64,000 bases of DNA from Naegleria gruberi (Eukaryota): NCBI GenBank assembly GCA_000004985.1, contig GG738907.1, one strand, 5' to 3'. Within the stretch, counting starts at the first letter, position 1, and each line of letters begins with the position of its first letter. Under the pieces are notes generated by a model. The model saw nothing but the letters and a program-made list of their open reading frames with translations, did not search any database and was not told where the DNA came from. Shown here in pieces: positions 13,021 through 23,770 of this stretch. The translations under genes and the position numbers were made by a program.

Positions 13021-13390
13021 AGAGATGTTGATGAATATTGGTGTTGATAGATATGCCTCATTAGTTTGTTGTTTTGGTGTTGGGTAAAACGATGATTGAT
13101 AATTATTGTAATGAGAGAAATTGAAATTTCATTTGAAAAATTGTAATGAATTTACGCACATACGTTGATGAATGATTAAGGAATTATCGAACATTGAGGG
13201 AATGAAGAACAATGTTTTAAATATCTTTAAATTTTTGATGTTGTTTTAAAGAGGGGATTCTCGGAAGTTTCAACTCCGAATCAAATTCAAAAAAAAATAG
13301 GCTTCATCTTGTTGTTTTCAGAGAGAGAGAAAACATTAGCCTTTGGAAGAATTTTAGTATTTTATTAAATAGTATTAATAGTAAATTATA

Positions 13391-14128
13391 ATGGTATTGG
13401 GAATATTTGGATCATCGGTACGAATTGAAGATGGACGTTGTTCATTAGCACATCAGGTAGGAAGATTTTATTAAACAAATTAAATATTTATTTCATCATC
13501 ATCATTATATTAATAATTCTATCATGATTATTATTATCGGAAATATTAAAATAATATTGTTAATATATATTTGTTAATATATATTTAAAATATATATTTA
13601 ATATAGAATTTAACTCAAGTACCATATGAATTATTTTCTAAAAAACAATTAAAGAAAGTTATTGATTTGGATTTATCACATAATGAAATTGAATTTCAAG
13701 GATTACAACATTTAAATCAATTTGAAAATTTAAAAACACTTGTTTTGGATCATAATTTAATTAAGAGTGATGTAAATTTAAATATGGGAAAACCATTACC
13801 TAATCTTGAATTATTATGGGTAAATTCGAATAATATTACTAATTTATCGGCGTTTATTGAAAGAGTTAAAGTTGTTTGTCCAAATTTACAATATTTCAGT
13901 ATGATGGCTAATAAGGCTTGCCCAAACTTTTTTGTTGGAGGAACTCCAGAATTATATCAAGATTATAGACATTTTGTAATTAGTAGATTACCAAAATTAA
14001 AAGTTTTAGATCAAAATAATGTTACAGATGAAGAACGTCAACAGGCTCTTCAACATTATGCAAATTTGAAAATTCAACCAACAACTAATACAGTGACAAG
14101 TAATCATTTAAATAGACCAAGTATTTAA
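13391..14128 (+). CDS. leucine-rich-repeat protein with LRRcap, 2 exons (13391..13456 and 13607..14128)
   Basis: Exon 1 MVLGIFGSSVRIEDGRCSLAHQ|gtagga. Exon 2 NLTQVPYELFSKKQLKKVIDLDLSHNEIE...LDHNLIKS...LWVNSNNITNL, then an LRRcap-like YRHFVISRLPKLKVLDQNNVTDEER. Confidence 0.7.
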
Positions 14129-14187
14129 TAATTATATTTAATAATTGAATAAAATGTAAATAAAAAAATATTAAAAAATAGATATAT

Positions 14188-16875
14188 TTATGGAGTAATT
14201 TCATACAATCGAACACTATAATCCAAACTACATGAAAGTAATTCCAATCTAATTCCATTTGGATTTGAGGCATCAACTCTCCATTTAACACGACGAACAG
14301 TTAAACAATGTGAATCATTAGATGGAACTTCAAACTTCTTTTCCATTTTGATAACATTTTCATCAGTACTAACATTATCATATATTTGTATAGAACCATC
14401 TTCCATACCAATAGCTAATAAATATGGACTCAAATTCTTACTAGCAAAATATTCCTTAAATTCTTGATAAACTACTGTTGGAATGAATTGAATGGTTGTA
14501 ACTGGATGATCCATCTTAATAGCTTGAGCAACTTCCAAAGATTGATTCTTTTCATTACTTTCTCTGATAGCATTAGCTGCTTCTTCTGATGGTAATTTGA
14601 AAATCTTGATCACTTCATCACGTGAACCAGTTGCAACATACTTGTCATCATAAGTGAATGAAGCATCCCAAATAATACGTTCGTGACATTGTTGATAGAG
14701 TAAAGGAGAGTAGGTTGTGTTTTCTTCAACAGTCTTCTTTTGATATAAAATTAAACATCTATCTCTACTGACAGAACACATCCATTCATCATTATTACTG
14801 AATGCAATTCTACTGACAGTCAAATTGTGACCAGGAATAACATCAATTGGTCTAAAATCATTCTTAATATCCCATAAACGAATTTGAGCAGCGTTAGCTT
14901 GTTTGGCAGAACATGCTGTAGCCAAAATAGTCTTGGAATTATTGGAACTGACACAAATAATTTCATTAGCATGACCATAGAGTTTTTGTTGTTCTGGCCA
15001 TAAAGTCAATTGTAAAAGTTGAGTTTCAAAAGGTGGATGGGTAAGAGCACTATTATTACCACTAGAAAAGACAGAGAATGGATTCTTTTGTGAGGAAGCA
15101 TCAAGAACATCCAAATCTTCTTCCTCCTCTTCCTTTTCATATTCAAATTCATTGACAGTAATCATATCCTTTTCTTCTCCTTCTCTAATTGACTTGTTAG
15201 TCAAACCTAATGGTTGAACAGTAGCAGCCATAACTCTTTCTCTAGTCTTACCATATGCTTCATAGTGCTTTCCAGCCATCGAGTTCAAATTAGAAAGTGT
15301 ATTGATGAATGATTGAGGAGCATCCAAATAACGAATAACCTTTTCGTCACCACCACTGGCAAATGAGTAATAATCAGTAAATGCGAGACAATTCATATCG
15401 TAACCGTGAATTTGAGATCTAGCAATTTCTCTAACTGATCTATTCTCTAATGATTGATAATTCAAAGAATCAACATCCTCAACTTTAGTAGTATCTACAG
15501 TATCAATCCAAGTGAAACATCTAGTAGTTTGATCTGATGAAGTTGTCATAAAATAAAGACCATCCTTGGATGGTTCAACATCGAGATCCATAACACTATT
15601 AAAGTGGCCAGAAATACTGACCATTGGTTTCCATTCATTTTCCTTTTCTCTCAATTTCCACAAGTGGAAGCTTCCATGGAAAGCAGTACCCATACAGTAA
15701 TCAGCAAACATTGAGAAACAACCACTGAAATAACCCATTTGACCAAATAAACCACTCAAACCACCAAATTCACCCATTCTGAATTGATTCAACCAAACTC
15801 CTCCCTTTGATGTTGGAGACCAAATAGTCATTGTACGATCCATAGATGTACTAACTAATTGTAACATGTTTGGAATTGGATGCCAGTTAAGAGAGTGGAC
15901 CCAATCTTCATGACCAGTCAAAAGTGCATCCAATGTTAATTGATAATAGCTTGATTCAAATGAAAAATGATAAGTATTATACAAGTTAACAAGTAATTCT
16001 TCTTCTAACAAACTATCAGATGTCTTGGAATGATTGGCATCTTGTTCTGTAACTTTAGTAATTTTCCACAATCTAATTCTATTATCTTGACTGGCACTGG
16101 CCAAATAAACACAATTATCGATTGGAATAAATTTAAATGACAAGGCACGAATCCAATCTTCATGTCCCTTTAAAACTAGCACAGATTTGTTCGATTCCAA
16201 AAAGTATAAATGAATATTAAAATCAACACCACCACAAGCAACCATATAATGATCAAAAAGCTTAATCATAGAAACAGCTTCAATAGCCTTATGATGTTTA
16301 AATGTTTGAATCAGTTCATATACCTGATTTTTCTTTTCATAAACAAAAACGTGACCATCAGAATCAGCAACAACAATGTATCTCTGTTCAAGTGATGTCA
16401 CTTTTGTTAAATGTGTCTTTGATTTAATAGTTTGAACAATTTCATATGTAATCTCACTTTGATTAATATTTAATTTCCAAATAATAACTTCCTTTCCTCC
16501 GACACTTGTAATATAAATAGTATTATTATCAAATTCTTGACTATTAGAATAAATCATAAAAGAAACAGCATTCACTCTTTCAGTATGTCCTTTCAATGTA
16601 CATAAAATTCTATTATAATATGGTGAATAAATAGCAACAAATTGATTAGCGGAATATGCAAATAAATCTAAATGTCTATACTTTTCCTTGATAGCTGCAT
16701 CAACACGGATACAATTAGTATTGTCATAATCAATCTTTTGATTAGTATAAACTTGATTTTCATAAATATCAGAAGGTAATCTATACCAATCACTGCAGCC
16801 AGAAATTCTATTGGCTCCAATAGAAATAAATCTTTGATGAACGTTGTTGCCCGATGATGTTGTTGTTGTAGACAT
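14188..16875 (-). CDS. elp2: Elongator complex protein 2 (WD40 repeat protein, 895 aa, single exon)
   Basis: N-terminus ..RFISIGANRISGCSDW.. matches the conserved ELP2 start (yeast IFIGANKQTQVSD). Multiple WD40-like repeats throughout. Size fits ELP2. Confidence 0.8.
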   Translation of the reverse strand: MSTTTTSSGNNVHQRFISIGANRISGCSDWYRLPSDIYENQVYTNQKIDYDNTNCIRVDAAIKEKYRHLDLFAYSANQFVAIYSPYYNRILCTLKGHTERVNAVSFMIYSNSQEFDNNTIYITSVGGKEVIIWKLNINQSEITYEIVQTIKSKTHLTKVTSLEQRYIVVADSDGHVFVYEKKNQVYELIQTFKHHKAIEAVSMIKLFDHYMVACGGVDFNIHLYFLESNKSVLVLKGHEDWIRALSFKFIPIDNCVYLASASQDNRIRLWKITKVTEQDANHSKTSDSLLEEELLVNLYNTYHFSFESSYYQLTLDALLTGHEDWVHSLNWHPIPNMLQLVSTSMDRTMTIWSPTSKGGVWLNQFRMGEFGGLSGLFGQMGYFSGCFSMFADYCMGTAFHGSFHLWKLREKENEWKPMVSISGHFNSVMDLDVEPSKDGLYFMTTSSDQTTRCFTWIDTVDTTKVEDVDSLNYQSLENRSVREIARSQIHGYDMNCLAFTDYYSFASGGDEKVIRYLDAPQSFINTLSNLNSMAGKHYEAYGKTRERVMAATVQPLGLTNKSIREGEEKDMITVNEFEYEKEEEEEDLDVLDASSQKNPFSVFSSGNNSALTHPPFETQLLQLTLWPEQQKLYGHANEIICVSSNNSKTILATACSAKQANAAQIRLWDIKNDFRPIDVIPGHNLTVSRIAFSNNDEWMCSVSRDRCLILYQKKTVEENTTYSPLLYQQCHERIIWDASFTYDDKYVATGSRDEVIKIFKLPSEEAANAIRESNEKNQSLEVAQAIKMDHPVTTIQFIPTVVYQEFKEYFASKNLSPYLLAIGMEDGSIQIYDNVSTDENVIKMEKKFEVPSNDSHCLTVRRVKWRVDASNPNGIRLELLSCSLDYSVRLYEITP

Positions 16876-17161
16876 TTTTTTTGAAGGCTAGAAAAATTAA
16901 ATGATGAAAAACACGGAGTGCAATTTCAAATATTGATATTCATATATTATTATTAGTAATAAAAGAATCATCATCTGATGCAATTTGCTCTTGTCAATAT
17001 TTGTAGTATGAATAATGGTAGTACTATTCAATTTTTTGTTTTTAATTGACTTGTTGATGACAATTTTCAAAACCTTTTGTGCGTTAATGAGAATCTAGCT
17101 TTCAGAATGAGATTTTCCATTGAGGTTGGCTTTATTGTTAATAGTCAACTTATAAAGGACA

Positions 17162-18913
17162 ATGGTACTAAGAATAATCAGTAGTTTCCCGCCTTTTCTT
17201 TGTACAAAAAACAAACTTGAAAAAATGAATCACAGTTATCACGACGATGATGAGGATGAAATGATGATTAAATCATCAATGGAAAGAGAGGATACATACG
17301 ATCCAAACGAATACAACTATGGAGGCAATGATAACGAACATAATGAAGATTATGATGAGGCTGCATTAGAGGAAGATGATGATGATCAATACAGTGATGA
17401 GGAAATTCCTTCGGGAGGCCACAATTTTAATTTCTTCATACAAGGAGGTAAAATTCCAATAAGACAAACACCAATTGCACCAACCCTATCTGAAGATAAG
17501 AGTAGTGATAGGAAAATTAAGGAAGATGATGACTTTGAATACAATATGGATGAAAGTGAAGATGATGAAATCTATCCAATCAGCTCAGATGAGGATGATG
17601 ACCCTCCAGCAGCACTTCAACAGCTCAAACCTAGTATTCAAACGGTGATTAGGAGGAAATCTCCAATGAAGAATACTGAAGAAAAAGTTACACATTCTCC
17701 TCAATCGAATAGTAGACCTTCATCTAATTCATCGAATAAGATAAGAGCAACACCAACAAAAACAACAGCACCAGTTTTGCATGATAGTCCTGAACAAAAT
17801 AATGTTGTTCCTAGACCAAAACTTTCTCTTGGAGCTGTCAGTAGATATACAGATGATGACGATGTGAGGTCATTAACATCTAGTAGAACAAACAGTGATA
17901 ATCTTTCGATAGGAGAAGATAAAATGAAAAATCAACTCGATTATTTGAAACAAAAACAAGAACAACTGTACAAACTCAACCAACAGCTCAATGTGGAAAC
18001 AAAACAAGTTCTCAAAGAAACAGATGATATTGTAAAACAACAATCTAAAAAGGTGGAAAGTATCTCATCAAGAATTCCTTCTAGGCCGACAAGTAGTGCA
18101 TCAACAGTGAGGTCCAATACACCATCGAGTACTCATAGATCCAATGTCTCAACTGCAACAACTACAAGACCTTCTAGTGCACAACCTTCAGCAAAAAAGA
18201 AAGTAATGGAAAAAATTGAAGAAGCCAATCAATATGAAGATGATGACCTGGATAAGGCAGCAAACGAAATGAGTGTCGAAGCAGCCATGAAATTCTATAA
18301 GGCAAGAGTAAAATCACTCCAAAAAGATATTCAAGATTATTCCAATCAAATGAAACTCAAAGATGATAAAATCAAGGAACTGGATATTAAATATAATGCT
18401 GCCATGATAGAAAACAAAAAGGTTACAAAAGCTCAAACCCAATTCCATTCTAGATTGGATAGACAGAGAAAGGAGTTTGATGCTCTTCAACTAAAGTTCA
18501 AAAAACAAACAACACTCATGAATGAGATGCAAAAAGAAAATGAAAAGCTGAAACAAAATCTGAGGATGGATGGACCTGTATCAAACAAGGAAGTTGAACC
18601 AACCTCTGGAAACAATAACGACAGAATCAAAGATCTTAAATATACAAGAGCTTTGGAAGAAGTTGAAAAGCTAAAGAGTCAATTGTCAGAAGCTCAAAAA
18701 CAACAGAGAGAAGATAATGATAAACAAAGGAAGGATACCGAAAATTTGAGAAAGGACAATAAGCGATTAGAAAGACAGAAACAAGATATTGTTTTGGCCT
18801 TCAAAAAACAAATGAAATTAATAGATGTTCTAAAGAGGCAGATAATTCATTTAGAAGCATCAAAGCAACTATCGTTTACAGAAGAAGAATTTACATCACT
18901 TATGAATCAATAA
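17162..18913 (+). CDS. acidic / Ser-Thr-rich coiled-coil protein (583 aa)
   Basis: Long ORF. N-terminal DE-rich and Ser/Thr-rich low complexity. C-terminal 250 aa strongly heptad-like (KLKDDKIKELDIKYNAAMIENKK...LKQNL...). The real start may be the internal Met of MNHSYHDDD. Confidence 0.6.
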   Translation: MVLRIISSFPPFLCTKNKLEKMNHSYHDDDEDEMMIKSSMEREDTYDPNEYNYGGNDNEHNEDYDEAALEEDDDDQYSDEEIPSGGHNFNFFIQGGKIPIRQTPIAPTLSEDKSSDRKIKEDDDFEYNMDESEDDEIYPISSDEDDDPPAALQQLKPSIQTVIRRKSPMKNTEEKVTHSPQSNSRPSSNSSNKIRATPTKTTAPVLHDSPEQNNVVPRPKLSLGAVSRYTDDDDVRSLTSSRTNSDNLSIGEDKMKNQLDYLKQKQEQLYKLNQQLNVETKQVLKETDDIVKQQSKKVESISSRIPSRPTSSASTVRSNTPSSTHRSNVSTATTTRPSSAQPSAKKKVMEKIEEANQYEDDDLDKAANEMSVEAAMKFYKARVKSLQKDIQDYSNQMKLKDDKIKELDIKYNAAMIENKKVTKAQTQFHSRLDRQRKEFDALQLKFKKQTTLMNEMQKENEKLKQNLRMDGPVSNKEVEPTSGNNNDRIKDLKYTRALEEVEKLKSQLSEAQKQQREDNDKQRKDTENLRKDNKRLERQKQDIVLAFKKQMKLIDVLKRQIIHLEASKQLSFTEEEFTSLMNQ

Positions 18914-18914
18914 A

Positions 18915-19811
18915 TTATATGTATTCATCATCTAATAAGACTCGAGCATTATTTTGAGTATGTAAATAGTCAACTGTACTATTGACCAATTCGTAAACTT
19001 TCTTATTTTCACAAACATTGACATGTTTTATGAAAATTTTGTAAAAATCGTCCTTAAATAAAATGTTTGTTGTTGAATCCTCATTAAATGCAATAGTATT
19101 AAATTCTGTGAGTGCTGTATATTTATACCTTTCAATGATTTTTGTCATTTCCTTTTCATCAGAAACCTGTACACTGTCATTACATGTTACTACACTGTTA
19201 ATACACAAAAATATTGGAATATCTTTGAAAAGTTCCTTATATTCATTTAGAATATCCTTGAGTAATAAAATAGATTTTTTAAAGTCGTGATATATGGATA
19301 TTTGTAATTTTGTTATTCCATTGGAAAGGGTTATTTCATCGTTAAAACTCAACACTGATTCATATTCTTTTTTTTCCTCTTTTTCCTCCACTATCTCTTT
19401 AAGAATGTCTATTTCAATTAAATACTTGGCAACAAAGAATATACCATGTGTTGATTTGTAATAATCACTCCACATTGACTTTAAATTTCCACCAATATCC
19501 CATATCTTTAAAAAACAGTAATTTGCATAATTAAAATTAAATGTATTCTGTCCAATAGTTGGATTATAGAATTTCCGACTTGATTTAGAGTATAAATTAT
19601 TAAAATTAAATTGAAATATAGTTGATAGAGGCGATTTAGAGTCAAGTGTCATTATTTTAGAAGGTGAGTGAGAAAATATTTCCTGTTTGTTCATGTTTTT
19701 AATTGTTTGTAATAATTCTGTTTTCCCACTATTCTCCATCCCGATCAATAACAAATTGTAGGTTGGTGTAAAGCTGAGTTTTTCATAAACCAACTCGAAT
19801 AGTGATAACAT
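18915..19811 (-). CDS. divergent ARF-like (ARL-family) small GTPase-like protein with degenerate G3/G4 motifs (298 aa)
   Basis: G1 LLLIGMENSGKTELLQ. The switch region PTIGQNTFNF..CFLKIWDIGGNLKSMWSDYY aligns to ARL [28 protein letters not shown], but Gln is replaced by Asn. NKxD is replaced by CINSVV. A roughly 45-aa insertion follows G1. No Gly2. Confidence 0.6.
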   Translation of the reverse strand: MLSLFELVYEKLSFTPTYNLLLIGMENSGKTELLQTIKNMNKQEIFSHSPSKIMTLDSKSPLSTIFQFNFNNLYSKSSRKFYNPTIGQNTFNFNYANYCFLKIWDIGGNLKSMWSDYYKSTHGIFFVAKYLIEIDILKEIVEEKEEKKEYESVLSFNDEITLSNGITKLQISIYHDFKKSILLLKDILNEYKELFKDIPIFLCINSVVTCNDSVQVSDEKEMTKIIERYKYTALTEFNTIAFNEDSTTNILFKDDFYKIFIKHVNVCENKKVYELVNSTVDYLHTQNNARVLLDDEYI

Positions 19812-19955
19812 TTTTAGGCTTTTTTTATTATTATTTGATGATCAAACAATAATGAAATAGAAAAACTTCCGATTCGTGTTCTTCTTCAGCACCTGTAACA
19901 TCATGCATTGTACAATCAAAATATTGGACCATCGAGTCACCTCTCTAATTCAAAA

Positions 19956-20567
19956 TTATTCTTTTGGTTCTGGAATTTTGAAAGGACTTGTTCCATTATT
20001 AATTTGTAAAAGTACAACTCTAGGATCTTCTCCATTCACTTTACATCCTATACTAACACAAGTTCCTAATACTTCCTTTACTTTTGCTGTTAATGTTCTT
20101 GCTGTTTTACTAGATTTCTTAGTTTGTGCTATATGAATTAATTGATCAAAAGTCAAATTTCCATCATGAACAACATGATATTGTTTGTCACTTGGAGCCT
20201 CTCCTAAATTTGATATAACAAATAGAGGCGAATGTTCTGCCAATTCCAAATCAATCATATCCCTAGATTTTACAATAAATCTAACAGTAATATGTTTAGC
20301 AGACCAATTCAAAGCCTGAACCAATTCAGTAATTCTCTGAGAGATTACTTTAGGCGAAATTCCGAGTGGACCAAACACTGGTGCAAGTTTACCAGGATTT
20401 GGTTGTTGAGATCTCACTTTCACTACTAAAATAAGTGGATTATCTATTGAGTAATTTTTAGAAGTGGGCACGAGTTTTGTAGTAGTGCCAAAGCCTAAGG
20501 ATGGCGAGTAGGTTAGTGTTGACATTTTTTTTGGATTTATTGTTAAGAATGAACTTTGAATCTCCAC
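19956..20567 (-). CDS. divergent ribosomal protein uL11-family (L12e/L11) paralogue with N-terminal extension (203 aa)
   Basis: PNPGKLAPVFGPLGISPK.. resembles LAPKIGPLGLSPK. ..VKEVLGTCVSIGCKVNGEDP resembles IKEILGTAQSVGCNVDG of eukaryotic L12. IAQTK is as in bacterial L11. Overall identity to cytosolic L12 is only about 35 %, although Rad51 and others in this window are highly conserved. Confidence 0.65.
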   Translation of the reverse strand: MEIQSSFLTINPKKMSTLTYSPSLGFGTTTKLVPTSKNYSIDNPLILVVKVRSQQPNPGKLAPVFGPLGISPKVISQRITELVQALNWSAKHITVRFIVKSRDMIDLELAEHSPLFVISNLGEAPSDKQYHVVHDGNLTFDQLIHIAQTKKSSKTARTLTAKVKEVLGTCVSIGCKVNGEDPRVVLLQINNGTSPFKIPEPKE

Positions 20568-21042
20568 TTGGAAATGTACTTTGTAAATTGTTTAATGTAG
20601 TTGTATTACAAAATTGTAATCAACCTTAAAGAATATTAATGCATTCTTGTAAACTATTACAGATCCAGGAAAATCAGTGATTGGATCACTTCAACGTTAA
20701 CAACCCTTCACTCATCACTGTTTGTTATCTCCTTTCCATTTTGTTCGTCTTTTTCTTGACTGAAGACAAGTCCAACGTTATTTTCAGAGTTGATGAGTTT
20801 CAACCTTATCATCCTCTTATTGATCATAATCGTCATCTTCTTTGCAACAGTAAATAATTTAAACTTTCAATGCTTTTCTCACAACAACAACACTCTCCAA
20901 TATATTTTCAATGAACAAGTGGCGCCAATTCCAAGCTAACTAAAATTCCCTTCTTCTTCTTCATGCTAACGAAAACGATAACAATTCGCTCACCACCATC
21001 TAGGTTCAGTTATTTGGCAGCTTGAAAAAATAATACAAAAAA

Positions 21043-21797
21043 ATGGGCAATCAACCTGGCAAAAATAAGCAATATAGAAAGAATGAGTTGAAGAAACTCG
21101 TAGAGATCACCCACTTTGATATGGATGAAATCATGAAGCTTTATGAACAATTTATTTCTATTTCATCCTCTCGTGAAGATGATGGTGTGATAGATAAAAA
21201 TGAATTTAAGGAAGCTCTTGGCTTGAAGGATTCTCTTTTCGTTGATAGAATGTTCTCCTTGTTTGATGGTGATAATGATGGTACTATTGGTATGTAAATT
21301 ATTGTATAGTAACGAATTAATCATAGGCTAATTAATACAATAATAATAATATTATTTTATTCGTGATGATGAACTTGCAATAACCGAAAATTGTAGATGT
21401 AAGAGAATTCATTTGTGGATTGTCTGTATTTTGCGAAAAGGGAACCATTGATGAAAAACTCAAGTTCTCTTTCAGAATTTATGATTTTGATAAAGATGGT
21501 TGTATTAGCAAGGAAGAATTGTACAAACTTTTAGAAGCTTCACTCGTTGAAAACTCACTAGGTATTCCACAAGAACAATTATCATCATTGGTTGATGCTA
21601 CTTTTGCTGAAGCTGATACAGACGGAGATGGCAAAATATCTGTAAGTTGTTTTAATTAGAGATTTCATGTATCTAATCTACTTGTTTAAACAATTCAACA
21701 ACAACAACAATAATAGTTTGAGGAATATCGTGTACTTGTTACTAAACATCCAACTATGATCGGAAATATGACTATCAATACCTCAATTAAGAAGTAA
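21043..21797 (+). CDS. N-myristoylatable EF-hand Ca-binding protein (calcineurin-B / CHP-like), 3 exons (21043..21289, 21397..21641, 21717..21797)
   Basis: MGNQPGK start with Gly2. EF-hand loops DKDGCISKEEL and DTDGDGKISFEEY are reconstituted across GTATGT..TAG and GTAAGT..TAG introns. The third loop DGDNDGTIGDVREF spans intron 1. Confidence 0.75.
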
Positions 21798-21817
21798 ACC
21801 AAATTGTAATTTTTAAT

Positions 21818-23754
21818 TCATTCTTCAAGCTTGGGGAATTTCATTTCCCTTATCATTTGAAACATCAAATCTCTATAAACTTCTCCTTTTCTAATAGTAG
21901 ATTTGTAAGAAAACATCCAGACGTGGTGTTTTTTCTCACTTCTCTGATCATCAACTCTATGAATTATAACAACTAATTCATACATTACACTCTCCAAAGA
22001 GACGGAATGTGCAACCTGTAGCCAATTTACGTGAATGGTTTTTGTATCCTTCTTGATTGCAACAACTTCTGGAATTGTTTCGTCAGTATCTTCTTGATTA
22101 CTGTTGCTAGTACTTGTTGATAGTGTATTATTTTGTAAATCGAATGATCTCAAATCGCTAATAATCTCAACATTCTGATCCATAATCAGACTTTTAACAT
22201 ACTGGGCAACATCGTGTTCAGACATTTCGCTCGGGGTATTTTCAGGTGACAATAATTGAGATATCTCAAATCGGTCAATGTGAACATCATTTGGGTCGGT
22301 CGATGTACTTGATTTGAATTCTAATGGACTTGTAAAAACAATGGAATCACTTGTCTTATTTTCTTGCCATCCAAATGGAACTCTTAACCACAAATATTCA
22401 AATAGATCACTGTAGAGAACATTTAACATTTCAAATCCTTGCACAAACTCTGAATTGGTTACAATTTGATGAGCTATGGATTGATTCTTCAATGCACAAT
22501 TTGAAATATATCTTACAACAATTGCACTCGAACTACCAATATCCACAACACAAACATATTGAAATAGAGTATTTCCAGATTCAACATATTGAAATAGGAA
22601 TGTATAATAGTAATATCCCAATTTTGTAGAACTTTCTAATGGAATATCAGTGAAATTCTTATACTTGCTCATACTATTCACATAAACTTCTCTCTGATCA
22701 GCCAACCCAACTTCCAACTCAATCTTTAAACAATCTAATCGATGTTCTGGATCATAAATTTCAGTTGGTGATCGACACAACACTCTCATCTCATCTATTT
22801 TTTCTAATCTCCATCCAATTGGATAAAACAAATTTCCAATATATTTAATTCTTTCACTTTTTTGAAAATTAGTTTTAGAAATTACAGTTGAATGAACACT
22901 TTCTAATCCATCAATGTTTTGAAATGTAGTATTGTTATTATTATTCATATGAATGTTATTAATTTTAGAATTCTTTTCATCTTGTGAATGAAAAGCTTCA
23001 ACTAATTCTTCATTTGGATAATCACAAAGTGTTGAAAATTTCATTTGAACCACTAAATTTAATTCTCCATGTTGTACATTTTCCAATTTTAGATTAAATT
23101 TTCCATTATCAGAATTTAAAACATCAATAATTGAAAGTTTACAATTTCCACAAAAATCATCTTTGAAAAAATCTTTATCCCAAACTTGAATTTCAATAAA
23201 ATCCAATTTATCCTTATTAATACAATGAATATTTTCATTATTTGGTGTTGAAATTGTAATATTTTGTAATTTTGCTAAATTATTTGGCATTTTGTAATGT
23301 GATTTTTTCACTTGTAAATTAAATTCATCTCCCAAATGACCAATATTATACGCACAAGGTAATAATTGTTTTTGTAAAGTATTAATAGTATTATTGTAAT
23401 GATTATTTAATTGTGCATCAAGTATCCACATGAAAGTTTCATCATATTTCGGATTTAGATTTTTAAATTTAATGCTCGACATTAAAGATATTCCTCCATA
23501 ACTAATAATTACATACTACATTTAAATAGTTAAATAATTTAAATATTTTGTAAAAAACTTACAGGATCACTGAGTCCATTTTCATCCATCGGAATAATAT
23601 TTGAACCATGTTTTAATTTAACAACTAATCTATCATAATGTTCAACATTTAATTGTACTTTTTGATGTTTTGACATTTTTTTGATTTTTTTAGACAGTTG
23701 ACTTTCAAATCCAACATTATTGATTGTTACTCTCCCAAAAAGATCCATTTTCAA
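21818..23754 (-). CDS. C2-domain protein, 2 exons (23553..23754 and 21818..23505)
   Basis: The C2 core ..HGSNIIPMDENGLSDP|YVIISYGGI..NLNPKYDETFMW.. is split by a 47-bp GTAAGT..TAG intron. Further on is IEIQVWDKDFFKDDFCGNCKLSI. The C-terminal 400 aa are unassigned. Confidence 0.65.
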
Positions 23755-23770
23755 GAATTATTTATAAAGT

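Noticed and set aside
16210-16395. Short opposite-strand ORFs inside long genes (examples 16210..16395+, 19063..19290+, 22351..22629+, 35535..35723-, 40182..40403-, 47038..47670+)
   Set aside because: They are embedded antisense or out-of-frame in well-supported coding regions. They are AT-rich chance ORFs.
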